Origin: Amoebidium appalachense
Taxonomy: Eukaryota > Protista > Ichthyosporea
Assembly (NCBI GenBank): GCA_963693365.1
Contig: CAVNZM010000013.1
Coordinates: 1,947,817 to 2,011,816, forward strand
Direction of reading: 5' to 3'
DNA length: 64,000 nucleotides
The translations under genes and the position numbers were made by a program. Positions 34,804 through 63,754 of this stretch are shown here, piece by piece; position 1 is the stretch's first letter, and each line of letters opens with the position of its first letter. Under the pieces are notes generated by a model. The model saw only the letters and a program-made list of their open reading frames with translations. It ran no database searches and was not told the DNA's origin.

Positions 34804-36789
34804 GGGGAAGAGGGGGAGGGAGGAAAAAGGAGAAAAGGGGGCCGTCGGCGAAGGAAGAGGGACGGAAGGGAGCGGGACGAGGAGGGCCGGAGGCAATGGG
34901 GAGGAAGGGGTGGGAGAGGCCGGGCCGGGGAGAAGCGGGGAGGGGGGAGGGGAAGGGGATCGTCAGACCCTAATATTAGAGCTTCAAGGCTGTGTTCAGG
35001 CACGGAAAACCCTGAGTGTTTCTTCTTTTTTTTGCTTCCTATATGCAGCGAAGTGCCGATGTAGATCTCAAGTGCTAATAGTCGCAGTCTGTCGCCAAAA
35101 AGTTTCTTTGGCGTGACTTTCATAAAAGTATTTTGGTATAGCGCAATAAGCCCAGGAGGCAGGCAGGATATCGATGGGCTTGAGTTACTGATAAAAAATG
35201 GAAAGTATATTTTCAGCAACAGGTGAGGGGCAACCGGAATTTCTGAGAAGGCCCTACAACCATGGTTGCAGGATTAGAGGCCGTTGCCCAAAACAACTGG
35301 GATGCTGCACGTAGAGGTTAAGTAAAGGGTGAGTGGAAGAAGATTGTGGGACAGAAATGGATGAGGTGTCCGACGGAAGGGCAGGATATGATTGGCCCGG
35401 CTATGCGATGAGATCGCATCGCGAGCCGAGTACTGTATGTAGTGGCATGGCACGTGTCCCTGTAGTTAATGTATAGCACAGTTTTACATTCAACCCAACT
35501 CACCTTCCCTCCCTCCATCTCATCCTCGGGGGTTCCTCTTTCCCTTCTACCCCTCTCCCCCTTCCTTTTAACCTCCTCCGATCCTTACCCTCCTCCCCCC
35601 CCCTCCTCCCCCCCCCCCCCCCCCCCCCTCCCCCCAACACACACACACACACTGTGGCACACACACAAATACTATAGCCCCACCTTCCATGTAGATGTGT
35701 GGCGGTTCGATAACACCTCACAAATATAACAGTGCACATGAGAGTAGCCCGGGGGGGATCAAGGCCCCGTGGAGGGGTAGAGTGAGGTTAGCAGGATGGA
35801 GTCTTCTAGAGAAAAAACTGCCCGGTGGACATGTCTCCTGGGACGAGGGGGGAGGGGGGGGGGGGGGGGGAGGGGGGTTTTATAAGAGAGCCGCCTCATT
35901 AGAAACAGAGTGGGGCTGTGTGCAATGTGTATGCAAACAACTACTAATTAACAAGTAAGTTATGAGTCAATTTGTGCCCCACCACCATCACCATTTCAAA
36001 ACGTTAACATACATTACCCACGTACATTTGCCAAGTAGTGCATGGCGCGGCAGCTAGCTTTACAGTAACGGTTACCAATCTAATCGAGTCATTCTAAAGA
36101 CTTAGCAACAGAGAAATATTACTCGGCAGACCAAAAAGAAATATCACTCGGCAGACCAAAAGCCATAACAATTCTGTCTGATACTCAGATGTAAAAGGAA
36201 AAATATTTTGTGGTCTTTAAGCTTTCTCTACGAGAGGATATATATGCGCATTGTATGGCCCGACTAGCGGCTGCCTGACCAGGGGACCAAAAGGGACACA
36301 TAACGTTGACGATTTAGGAAGGGTTTATCAGCGGGTGGTGTGTCGGTGGTCATTATGGGTGGTGAGTTCCTTGGGCTTCATGTAGGGTTTTAAGCACTGA
36401 ATGGGGGAAGGCACCTAAGCACCTAGAACTCAGTCGGCGAGTGCACGGTACAAGACTGCTGCAATGTTAATTAAGCAGCATGAAGGGTTTAGATGGGTGC
36501 CCTGATGGTGACTGGGTGGACACAAACGGTATTTGTTTGTTCTGTTCTGGGTTGTGATTGTGGGATTCAATACGGTATAAGTTGATGCTCGAACGGCAGA
36601 TTTTGATTGGTGGCTGTACAATGAGTTCTTGAGAGTTACTGTACACTGTTATACACGTGGTATGTCACCTTTGCATTTGGGCTTGTGGAGACAAAAAACA
36701 GTGTGTGGTGGTGGTGGTGTTTTTGCTTAATTTCTTTCTTTTTTTATCTTCTTTTTTCTTTTCTTTTCTTTTCTTTCTTTTCTTTTTTT

Positions 36790-36837
<48 letters not shown>

Positions 36838-37113
36838 TAAAAGACAAGAGATAAATAGAGAGGAAGAGAGGAACACGGAGACATTTGGACTAACACAGAT
36901 CGTGTCTGTATATGATAAAAGATACCCATAACGGCCTAGTAAGCCTTCGGTGTAGGTGTGCATTCAAAGGCACATAGCTAGGGTGATCATCACACGTCTG
37001 AGTTTGTGCCAGAATCCAAATCGAAGTTCAGCAAAAGAGCAAAGGATCAAACCGTGCACATGTGCGTGCATGCGTGGTGGTAGTTCGGGGAGGGGATGGG
37101 GTGGAGGGGGCAG

Positions 37114-37155
<42 letters not shown>

Positions 37156-37437
37156 CTGAAAAAACGGCATGGATTTATGCCAAAACAGTTGTGTTGCCAC
37201 ATACATGTACATGCACACACTGCTGGCAGTAAAGTATAATGTTGAGGCTTTATTTAAACTTTTTAAATAAATATTCAGAATATTAATAGCGAGCACCGCA
37301 CGATACTCTTGTGACTTTGTCCTCTAAATGTGTATATGTATTCATTCACCCACTCATGAAAAAAAACACAATAAGCTGCTTCACTGTACAAAGCAGCTGT
37401 ATACTTTTCTGCATTTCCGGGGCCCGAGATATTAACA

Positions 37438-41692
<4,255 letters not shown>

Positions 41693-41706
41693 CTCTCCCA
41701 TCCGTC

Positions 41707-41752
<46 letters not shown>

Positions 41753-41785
41753 AAAAAAAAAAAAAAACCCTCCCTCCCCTTCCCC

Positions 41786-41836
<51 letters not shown>

Positions 41837-44800
41837 AGGTAATTATTCACACGCCTACCTTTCCAATGTTAAGTACATGGCCATCTAAGCCATGCCAGTA
41901 GTGGGGTAGGGGTATACCTTCACGGCATGGTACACTGTGCACGTATAACCACCACAAATGGGCGGTGGCCTGCCCACAGCCCAAACCGCCGTCCCCATAG
42001 CGCAAAAAAGGAAAAAAAAAAAAAAAAAAAAAAAAAGAGCTCCAAATCGGACTCGACGAAGAAAACAATGGTAGATGTCAGAGGCCGCCTAGTTGCGATC
42101 AATAGACTAACTAAAGCGTATTGGTAAAGTAATTCAGACTGTTCAGTAGACTCTAGTTAAGTGATTAGGCACGAGAATCCTTTGTGTTTTCCTTCACTTT
42201 TACATGTGTTTTTTTTTCGTTCTTATACTGCAGCGAATGCATTTTGACCATGCTCCATTCAGAATTGTTTTTTTGGGGAGTCTTTCTAGTCTAACGGAAT
42301 TAAAACCTCAAAGGAACCGCATATCCTAGCTGTAACCCGTTGTTCTAAAGGCAAAAAATAGAAAGAGAAACACAACATTTCACCCTCTTCGAAAATGATC
42401 TACTTCAAACACTCTGTGAGCACGAAGACGTACGTGTCCTCATACCCAGCCATTTTCTACACATAGAAGAGGGCGAAGGCTCCCACTGACAGACACGGAG
42501 CACGTACGCGCAATGGCATAATGACGTTTTATTAGCCTTCGAACAGTGTGCGTGTGCGCGCCACCAGAACGGTTCAGGAAATTGCTTGAGCAGCCCGTGG
42601 TTTTGCCTTTGTAAGCGGGAACCCATAGTTACGGTTCAAATTCAAACGTGTTATTGCCTTGGGCGCTAAAAAAAAACACACGTCGACGGCATGTCACACG
42701 CGCTTAGCATCGTACACTACACACACATTGGCTGAAAACTGCATCCTACCATGCATTCTAACAAGAACACGTGGCACGACGTGAGACTCACATACCAACC
42801 TTTGTAACGTGCCTACTAAGTAAACGCGTGTCCTCGTGCAAGGCCAAACGTTCTAAAAATCCTTCAGATATTCTTCTCATACGCGTCAATTGATTCCTTC
42901 GAAGACGTTTTTTTTTTCTTTTTCTTTGCCTCCACTCCCTTCCCCGGGCCAGTCCTCCCCACACGCACACACACACACACACACGACCTCCCGGGATCCC
43001 AACCACTCAAGCAGTCATCAACATATATGCATCATCAGCACCACCGGTACCAGAACAAAAAATCCAGCGAAGTGGGGGGAAAGTGGGGAAGGGCGGTGGG
43101 GGGTGGGGTGGGGTGGGGGGGGGGGGGGGGGGGGGGGGTGGCAAGGGGAAATAATGTGTGTTCCCAAGGGGGAAGACGGGAGGGGGGGAGGGGGGGGGGG
43201 GGGAGGAGGGGGAGGGGGGGAGGGGGGCTAAGGGCTGAATGATTGTGGTGGGGGGTGGGGGGGTGGGGGGAGGGGGGAGGGGGGGGGGGGGGGAGGGGGG
43301 GGGAGCGTGGATGGGAAGGGGGATCCCTAGGCCGGGGGGAGACACGACAGGGACCTGCTCATGCATGTACATGCATATGTGCGTGCGTCATGCAACGTCT
43401 GTCTACCGGGTGGTCAACGACAATCGATAATGCCACTGTCTATGGCACACGGAAAAATAGTTAAGGCTCACATGTTGCAATTGTGTATAAGTTCTCTGCT
43501 AAGTTACACTTTCATACATCGGTCACAATGCAAACCAGTTTTTACAGCCACCACAGACGCACATCGTGCACGCGGACGTGGCACATGCACATGTACACGC
43601 ACGCACGCAAGCACACGCACACGCACGCACGCACGCACGTACGCACAACTTGATGCACACAGGCACACTCGCACACACGCACACGCACACGCACGCACAC
43701 ACACACATGTGACACGTTGACAGCTCACGTGGACATCTTTAGGGTTGCTCGCTAGGGTTGGCGAGCACTGATGCGGCGCATCGGTCATTGCAGGAAACGC
43801 TCGCTGATTGGATTCAGAAATGACAGACACCAATCAGAACGCAAGTTGAATAGCACACGTTTTTCTAGTCTTGAAGTAGGTGACCCAATCAGATCGCATA
43901 CAATGCATTCCTGTACTTGATGATTACCAAATCGGTGTCTACGTTTCATGATAATGAGTTTTAATTATTTTTAACAAAAGATTAAAATATTGTAGATCTG
44001 TAAATGTTTTACTTTAGTCCTACGTTGAGTTATGAGTTTTGCCGCCGAGAGAGTGGCATACGGTATGTACCATGTGAACGAATCAGGTGCACGGCCGGGC
44101 TCAGCTGTGCCAGCTCAGCCCAGCTGACTGCTTCCCACGCGCGCCCTAAAAACACGAACAAAACCTCAGTCACTTGAGACATTGTTATTGTCAAAGCTCG
44201 CTCATGCAAATTCAGTGGTTAATTAATACATGATATTGAATATAAGGTCGTGTGACACAAGGAAACTCTTTGGGCGTAGAAAAATATAATTAGGTCAAGG
44301 GTGATATTGATGATCTGGTTCGGAAACGCATCATAGGTGAAAGCTAAACGTAGAACGGTTGACCTACAAAACTGTTAGATCCCAAAGAGAAACCCACCGC
44401 AGGTGTAGTAACCAGAAGCCGAAGGATCAACTTATTTTTAGTGGTAAGTGGCAGTCAGAAAGCCACACATCGTACAACTGCATGTGTGTACCCTTCTCAC
44501 ACAGCTCCACCCATCCATACGCACATGTTCGCACGGATTTAAATGCTCGCCTGTGGGCTGTGATTTGAAGCGAGACACGCAAAATAGCGCACGCTCATGT
44601 GAAGGCCAAATGATTGTCACGTGTAAATACACCCACGCACCCACGCACCCACCCACGCACTTTCACACGATCCTAGTGACATCCTACACACCTGCTCTCA
44701 CACAAGTTGAAATAGCAAACACCCACCCAAACTGTGACACAAACAACAATGCAGGTGCAGGCAAACGCACACACATTTTTTCAAGCACACCGACAAAGAC

Positions 44801-45140
44801 AGAAAATAAATGAGGGTTCATTCGATGCACGCAAGCGTAACACAAGCGTACCACTTGTCCACGTATGCACGCACGCACGCACAAACTCACTCATTCACTC
44901 ACTCACGCACACACACACACACGCACACGCCTTCGCGCATGCACACACACGGATGCACGCATACACACACGCACATGAAGAACTGCACACAAGCACGCAC
45001 GCATATACCTACACACACACACACACACGTATACACTTACTTGAACAACACACACAATCACCAAGAGCTGTTGCGTGGAACACCCAGGCTCAACTACAAC
45101 GACGTGTCTTTGCTCACAAGCACACATCCACGTGCACACA

Positions 45141-45203
<63 letters not shown>

Positions 45204-45673
45204 AAACACCCAATCACCCACTTACACATGCACACACACGCACACACCTACCCGTTGCTGCCCGCACACATGAATGCACTGCCCTAAGATCCTCCTCGCC
45301 TAAGCGTCTTACTACATAGAGCGCATCTCCCACCATGTCTTTTCTGAGCGATTGAGCAAAGGCATGTGCACACACAGAGAGGCACGGATGTGACCATAGA
45401 TGTGCACTCGCACCTATGGCCATACACTTTCGCACACACCGACACACATATTACCTGCAGGCAAGCACACAAAAGCTCACATCCCGCGCATTATGAGCAT
45501 GCGCGGAAGCATCTTGCACATACAATCATACACATACACAAACATGGAGTCGTGCGCACATATAGCATGTTGTTTGAACGTTTGCCTTACAAGATACCAA
45601 GGCACTTCGGTTTTTGACGATCCTTAATCCAACCATCCCCCCTCCTCCGGCCCCCCTCCCTCAACTCCCCCGC

Positions 45674-45709
<36 letters not shown>

Positions 45710-45791
45710 CGCCCTCTTCCCCTTTTTACAGGACAGAACCACCAGCCTTCGTTCTAACCTCTTCCCCTGCCGCTTCCTTTCAACAGATATC

Positions 45792-55554
<9,763 letters not shown>

Positions 55555-55558
55555 AGAG

Positions 55559-55597
<39 letters not shown>

Positions 55598-55635
55598 CTT
55601 CGCAAGAAAGATCTCCTACACATCTGCTCGCATGC

Positions 55636-55740
<105 letters not shown>

Positions 55741-56760
55741 TGCACCCACGTACATGATTGTGCCCGTGACTTCAAACGATAAGTGGGCTTCCCACCCTCC
55801 TTCCCCCTCCCCCTCGCCCTCCCCCTCTACTCTCAAATCCCAATGTCCCTTTTCCCCAGTAAATGTTTTTCGTAGTTAATCTTGCTTGTGTGGTAACTAA
55901 TCAACCAGGCATGTAATTAATATTAGTAATAGTACCCGGAGCTTGGCTCATGGGGCTTAACACGGCTACCCTCTTTCCCCAATGGGTCTTTGTTTGCTTG
56001 TTCTATTTTTATTATTTTTTTTTTCGTGTTTCTTTTTACCTCGTGTGTGCACACAGGTAGGGGGAAATCATGGTCATCGTTAAAGAGCAGGTGTCTCCAA
56101 GCAAGCGCATATTGCACGTGGTTTCACTGTGGTTGTTTTTTCTGGCCTGTAAATTTGATTGCCTATACATGTTTACTCCCGGTCGAATGTTAGAGTGGCA
56201 AACATTGTGTATGATGTTCAGTTCATGCGTAGTTTGTTTGAATGACATGTTATACTATAGTAGTACTATGGTTGTATGTGAATCTGCTATGTTTTAACTA
56301 CATACTCGGATGGCAGTGATTTCTTTTATGGTTCCCTGAGTGGCCAGTGGTGTTTTTGTGACTATTTATGTAAATATCACCAGTTATCCATTTTAATATT
56401 CCCCTAGGAATGACTGAGATGAGTCAATGATACCTGGAATGTTATACTCGTCAGCCGAAAGCTATCTTCTTCATAAAATTACCTTCGGAATCCTCTATGT
56501 TTACCACATAAATATTTACGATGCATGTATCGTGGGACTTATGTATATTGTATTCAAGGTCTTGACTTTGTACAGAAATGATAGAAATTCTCGTGATGAA
56601 TATAACGCCATAGCAGGACTATCGGAACCCAAACACTTTGAATTCATGATTGCTGTCACCTTTAAATTTGCATCCCCCTCCCCCTCCCCCCCCCCCCCCC
56701 CCCCCCCTTTTCCCCACCCACCCACCCACCCCACGTACCGGTGACCCCCCCCCCCCCCCC

Positions 56761-56829
<69 letters not shown>

Positions 56830-56862
56830 AATCGATCGTGCACACTTAATTCTAGCCCACCT

Positions 56863-56905
<43 letters not shown>

Positions 56906-57388
56906 CTCCCCCCGCCTGTTTCCTGACGGCGCCCCGGTGCATGCCTTATAAATACAATTAATGGATACAAGATCACATGAAGTAACTGCGAGCCACTGGC
57001 ATGATATCGGGCACGTTGCGGATCCGGAAAGATATGGCGCCCCCCTCCCCCTAACCCCCTCCCCCCCCCCCCCCCCCCCCCCCAACACACACACACACAC
57101 CGTGGCACACGCACATATGCATGCACGCACGCATGCACACGCATATACACCGCCCCAACGGCAATAGGTGACATTCAGTAGTACCACAATATATATACTA
57201 ACGTGCTGATTTATCCATGTGATACGAAATTCAACTCTGTCCGAACTGATTTCTACTTTGTATTGCGTGTTTCACTTCCATATTCCTATTTTTTTTTTTA
57301 TTGTTGATCATCTGGAAAAGGAAGGGGAGGAGTGCCGAAGGAGGAGGAGAGCTCGAGCGGAGGGGAGGCATTTGCACCCGTGCAAGTC

Positions 57389-57432
<44 letters not shown>

Positions 57433-58465
57433 CACACACACACACCCATTCAAAAAAAGAGAAAAATAAAAATAAAAAATAAAAAAAAGGGAGGAAAGGA
57501 AACTGAGAAACGGAAAGAAAGGAAGAAAGACAACAACCAACAAACATCACCGGTTTTCAAATGAGTGGGCCCATAGAGACCAAATTGAGGCAACCTCAAA
57601 GGAAGACACTAAACCAGTTCACTGGAATAAAAGCGTGAACTGCGTGCCGTGATCATGAGGTCTTGAGGGAGTAACCGTCCATGAGAACGATCAAGCTATA
57701 AGATTTGCAGATTTCCAGCAGGGAAAGACACTAATTAATCAGCCTCTGTTTACAGGACAGGATGGAAGCTGCTGGTCTTGGTACCGGTCGCACACAGGGT
57801 GGGGTGGGGTGGGGGGGTGGGGGGAGGAGGAGGAGGAGGGGGGGGGGGAGGGGGGGGGGGGGGGGGGTACAGCGTAGAGTATGGTGCAGTGAAGTCATCT
57901 GGAAGTGTGTGTTAAAGGTATGTATGTGTGTCCACACACTTGGGAAGGGAGAGGGGCAGTATTTTGGTGGTGGTGGTGGCGGTGGCAGGGGGGGGGGGGG
58001 GGGGGAGGGGGGGGGGGGGGGGGGGAGTGGGGGGGAGGGGGGAGGGTTCCTTGGTTAAGTGGCAGACGGTGTGTTTGTTTGACCTACAGTGTGTTTAGGG
58101 GATGAAAGGGGCATCAATAGGGAAAGAGAAAGCCGAGGGGAATGGGTAAAGGGGGGAGGTGGTGGTGGAAAGCCCGGGGGGAAGAAAGAGAGGGGGGGGG
58201 GGGGATGTTTGAGAGAGGAAATAGGGAGGGAGAGTGGGAGGGAGGGAGAGGGAGGGAGGGAGGGAGTGAGGGAGTGAGGGGACAGAGAGAAGGGGCGGGG
58301 GGGGGGGGGAGGGGGGGGAGGGGAGGGGGGGGGGGGGAGATAGAGAGAGAGAGAGAGAAAGAGAGAGCGACGGGGGTTGGGCGGAGGAGAGAGAGATGGA
58401 GGGGGGGGGGGGAAGAGAGAGAGAGGAAAGAGAGGGGGGAGTGGGGGGGAGAGAGTGAGAGAGAG

Positions 58466-58554
<89 letters not shown>

Positions 58555-59497
58555 GAGAGAGAGAGATAGGGAGAGAGAGAGGGAGGGAGAAGGAGAGGGA
58601 GAGAGAGGTGTGCGCGTGTGTGCGTGCATGCTATGTCAGTGGGTATGCATATAGGTGTGGAGCCAGATGAAGAAGAGAAGCCCCAACGGCAGCAGGATAG
58701 AAACACAATCGCAAACAGAAAGAGAGCCTCCGAATTGAAAAGTGATAGATACACCGAACACCCAGACATCTGGACAGCCCACAATGCACATGACTTGGGA
58801 CCTTCCTTTGCGCCAATCTTTAAACCTGCGTGTGCCTGTGTCTAAACCGCTTGTATGTGGGTAGGGCGAATGGTCCGTCACTTAAAAATTCTGATCTCTC
58901 TCGTAGTGGTCCCGATGCTCGTCGACCCCGGTGAGCTGTGTGCCAAGACAGTCTCTAAATTACTCCGAACGGTTATAATGAAACTCGGGGCAACCCCGGT
59001 GGCTGGTGGCTCAGGCAAGCAAGAATAGAGATCACGTGGGCACAAAAAGGGGAAGTTTCTCTCAGATGAAGACAAAATATAACAAGGATCTGTGCCACCT
59101 ATTAATGATTACAGCACAAACGTTGCCGATATATAAAAACAGTTCATACACTGTATGATACCCATGATCTGCTTGATCGTACGTGCGTACACTGCACTGT
59201 CTGCACACATTGCACACTACGCATGTGGCCAACCATGCTCTCAGATTGGTTTGCGACATCGTTGCCAAGGCCCTAATGCTTCCCCTTTTTACTCATGTGG
59301 CGAAGCGATTAGTTCCTAAAATGCTATATTGATGATAATTTATATATTTATATAATGTTTTTAGCTGATAAATTCACTTTCTGTCTTTAGACAGCTCTTT
59401 AAACAATACACAATACGATAAAACATTCACCTTGAATAGATTTACTTCGCTCGGGAACCCCCGATACTTGTGGTGATATCATGAACTATACCAACAT

Positions 59498-59882
59498 TCC
59501 TATTGGTTTTGTAGGAAAAACGCCAAGGCGAAAACAATGAAGTTAAATTCACAAGTAGGTTTACACGTTCCTATTTGTGTATAATCACGCATTAATCAGA
59601 CAATAGATGAGCCAATTGGTTTGTTGTAAATTTTCATTGGTCTCAGTCGATGTAAACATTCCAACGTTGCGGAACGGGTGATTTCGCTTCAGCGTCTCAT
59701 TTATATTGACCTCAATATGCATTGTGGTTGTTCCTTATTTATTTATTTACCAAAATAAATTCTACTGAATATCAATTCTACATACGCTTGTCATCAATTC
59801 TGAATCTTTTAGTATGAGGGACTGCTCCGTGGGCATAGATAGTCCGGACTCCGTTAGAGGCTACACCGATTTTGATTGGTCA
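59498..59882. promoter_or_regulatory. CCAAT-rich promoter region of the C9-methyltransferase gene
   Basis: CCTATTGG, CCAATTGG, CATTGG and GATTGG; followed by a likely 5'-UTR intron (GTAAGT at about 59977 to ACACAG at 60582). Confidence 0.5.
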
Positions 59883-60605
59883 TGATATTTGCCCCCCCTC
59901 TACCCCGCGTGTTTTTTTTTTTTGTCCGCATCATAAAAGGCAGAAACGGCCTTTATTCACACAGAGCACACAAACGGTAAGTCTATTTCGCCACTTACTC
60001 CTTTCAAAGCCTTTCTTTTCAGGCCCTTTTCCCCTTACGTGATTCCCCCCTATACGAATCAGTTGCCAACAAGGTGAAAGATTTGTTAGTGTTCACTTGA
60101 AGGGGTGGTAGGCAAGGTGAAGTAACCCTGGTGAGAAGGCAGACAAAAAGACCTAGGCTGCTGATAAAAAAGAACTGGATGAGTGCCTCTTGAGCAGGTG
60201 AAAGGGGAACAGGAGGACTGCATCGGTTTTTGAGCTGAGGTCTTATTGAGATGAACGGATTTTCACTGGTGGGGCCAAGGGGAGGATGGTGGGGGGAGAG
60301 GGGGGGCAGGGAGAGGGAGGGCTTGAGCCTGGAGATGTTAATTGTTCTCTTTGCTTGACTCAGGGTAGATTCTGTGGCTTCTCGAAGAGAACAAAGAGCA
60401 AATGATTTTCTCATAAGTGGCCAACCTGGGTGCTGACGCCGTTCTTTTCTTTTACAACCCCGTTCCCACCTCTTCCGTTCTTCATCTTCATGCCTGCTCC
60501 TTCAATGCCTCCCCCCTCCCTCATGCCATCCCCCTCCTGCTTCTCTTCACACGCGCCCGCGCGCACACACACACACACACAGGCAGACGGGTGTACTCCA
60601 GCAAA

Positions 60606-61383
60606 ATGAACTACCTAAACCTCGTCCAGAATGCGGGCGCCGCCTACCTGGTGACGGCGGCCATCTGCGTGCAGGTTTACGTCGGGCCCTCCTCTCTGCT
60701 GGGCTACCTGCTCTGCACGGCCGTCGTTCTTGCTCTCCCCCCCCTTGCCCTCCTGGCCGCCCTCTTTGTCTTCTCCATGGTGATGAAGACATGGGCCGCT
60801 GCCGAGTGGCCCGAGAAGGAGATCGACCCCAAGCTTGCTGCCATTATCACGTTCAAGGATAAGGAGCTCGAGGCTGAGTCAGTCCTCCCTCCCCCCCCAC
60901 TCCCCTCCTTGCCTCCCATACCCTCATCTCCCTCTATACTTCCGGCCCCTCTACTTATTCAAGCTCTCTTTCTCTTCCTATCCACCCCCTCCCCCCCCTC
61001 CCCCCCCCCCCCCCGGACTCGCACGAACTCGTCTCCTTCTCTACTTGGCCTAGGCATTTCATACCAACCCCCCTTCTTAGGCAAACCCTCCTTACGTCTC
61101 CTCCCCCTACCCTGCTGGACTCGAATACATTCATGCCCTGCTTTACTTTCCTTCACCATCTCACTATAACAGCCCCCACTCTTAGGCAAAGTATGTTCTT
61201 CTGCCTCTCGTCCCTCCCCCCTTCCCCCCCCCACCCCGTGTCCTTCTGCATGCTACACAGCTTTGTGCTTTCAGACACAGTTGCTTGCTTGACCAACCCC
61301 GGGAACGGGTGGTGCTCTTGTGTGCACCTCAAGCAACGGCTTTGTTGTACCCCCTCCCCCCTCCTTCCCCCCCCCCCCCCCTC

Positions 61384-61414
<31 letters not shown>

Positions 61415-63153
61415 ACTCGCACGCACACTTGCACAAGCACGGTTAAGTGCTGGTGCGATGCAATGGCATGGCTGCAACGTTATTGCTGTGCAGTTCACTT
61501 CTGGCCCCTTCTAGTGGTCACCTGGGCATGAGTGAGTTGTTTCTGGTCAGCGGCACATTCGGTAGTGGCAAGATGCACAGGGGAAAGTGGGAGGCTAGAC
61601 ACGGGGGGAACATAAATGTAAACGTTGAGCATGGTGGCTAGAGCGTCCTCTCCCGGAGACAGGAACTGACGATGTATCTGTTTGCGCAGGTACAAGGGCA
61701 AGAACATGCCCATGACGGTGTTCTACGAGGCCTACTTCAGCAAAAAGGTCGACGTCAACGGGGACATGTACGAGATCCTCAAGAACAGCCGCGAGAAGCT
61801 GTTCCGCTTCTGCTTCACCTGGTACCACGTCAAGTACTTCTGCTTCCGTCTCATCCCCCAGGTATAAAATTACCCCCCTTACCACCCGCTTCCCCCGGAT
61901 ACGAATTTCTCTCCCTCCCCCCCCCCCCCCCCTTCCTCCCCCCTCCCCCCCCCCCCCCCCCCCCCCCCTCCCTTCCCTGTCTTTCTCTCTGTGTGCGTCT
62001 GCATCATCCCCCAGGTCGAACCCTGTTCCCCCCCCCCCCCCCCCTTCTCCTCCTCCTCCCGGAGCAAAGCATTGATATTTGCACATATGCATTGTGTTGC
62101 TGTCATCCCCCTCCCTCCCTTCCCCCCTCTTTTCTTCACTGCACATAACTTACTGAAACGTTGGTCTGCCCGATTTCCCGTTCCGTCCTCCTCCTCCCCC
62201 GGCACCGTTTTCCCCCCAACCACCACCACACCCACCCAGCCAACCCCCTCCCCTCCCCCCTTCTTTCCCCTTACATCCTCTCTTCCCCTTGCACCTTCCT
62301 TGCCCCCCATCCCCACCCCCACCCTGTCTCTTCACCCTCACATCTTGCCACATCCCCTCCCTAACTCTTTCCCCCCCGTTTTTCCAGGCGCTGTGGCACA
62401 GCAAGAACATGGACGGCGACGAGGTCAAGGCCGTGTACAACCGCGGCAACGACTTCTACAACTGGTTCCTGGGCCCCACCATGGTCTACACCAGCGGCAT
62501 GTACACAAACGAGGATGACTCCCTCGAGGTCGCACAGGTATGCACTGCACCTTTTACTAGTTCATGTCTCATGCACACGTGTTCTCTTTCACAGGCCTTT
62601 TGTGGAGGTTGACTCTTGTGAGCTCAACTATCTATGTGTGTTTACGGCGCTGTGTATCTCTCTCCCTCTCTCTCTCTCCCCCTCTCCTCCCCCCCCCCGT
62701 TGCCATCTGTCTTGTGTCCTGCCTCTGAATCAAGACACATGTGCACACACACACACCCTCCGCGTGCAATGCGAGCATGTGCACACAATGGTTGTTGTGT
62801 TTCCTTCCCTCCTTTCCTTATCCCGAAGTTAATTCTTCCCTGCCGCCGCCCTTTGGGAGGAACAGAAGCACACACAACTTTGTCATACATTCACGCAAGG
62901 CAACAAGGCAGGTGCACACATATACCGGCAGTATCGTGTGCCGTTAGTGCACATGCACAAGGCGGACGATCCAGGCACCCAGCTTTGTGTACCCCCAGTA
63001 GCTCGCAAATGTGAAAATCGGCGCGCACGCAGCTCTAAACCCTGCCCCGCCCCGCCCCACCTCCGCAAGCGTGCGCGCCAGACATACGCAGCCACACGCT
63101 TTCCGTCTCCCGCCCCCTCCCCTCAACCTTTGGGCAGCCACTTCCCCCCTTCT

Positions 63154-63184
<31 letters not shown>

Positions 63185-63610
63185 CCCACACCCCCCCCCC
63201 CCCCCCCCCTTCCCCTTCCGTGTCTGAATACAGGCCCTCCTTAGCATGCATTCTTTGTGTGTTGAACCCCTCCCCCCCCCCCCTCCCCGCGCCACCACCA
63301 CCCTCCCTCCACCCATAATACTCACGCACACACTCACCGGTTCCCCTAACCAGCAACGCAAGATGGACGCCATCTGCCAGAAGCTGCAGCTCAAGCCCGG
63401 CATGACTCTGCTCGACATTGGCTGCGGCTGGGGCTCTCTGGTCCGCCACGCCAGCAAGAACTATGGTGCCAAGTCGTTTGGTGTGACCATCTGCAAGGAG
63501 CAGATTGCCTGGGGCAACGAGGGCATTGAGAAGGACGGAACTAAGGACCTGTGCACGGTCGAGCTGATGGACTACAGGGATATCCCCCTCAAGCAGTGGG
63601 ATGTCATCAG
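60606..63610 (+). CDS. Sphingolipid C9-methyltransferase / cyclopropane-fatty-acyl-phospholipid synthase family, 3'-incomplete; exons 60606-60877, 61690-61861, 62388-62537, 63354-63610
   Basis: N-terminal TM region; MPMTVFYEAYF..KVDVNGD; HSKNMDGDEVKAVYNRGNDFYNWFLGPTMVYTSG; LEVAQ/QRKMDAICQKLQLKPGMTLLDIGCGWGSL; MDYRDIP. Confidence 0.9.
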
Positions 63611-63719
63611 GTGTGTGTGTGTGTGTGTGTGTGGACGTTGGGGATGAGTGTGTGGGTGGGTGGTGTGCACCATTGGGGTTGGATGGATGTGTGCGTTAGT
63701 CTATGCACAGTTGTGAACA

Positions 63720-63754
<35 letters not shown>

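Noticed and set aside
41857-42102. Candidate first coding exon of the GPCR
   Set aside because: Has a good donor, but I could not reconcile its phase with the next exon, so it is left unassigned.
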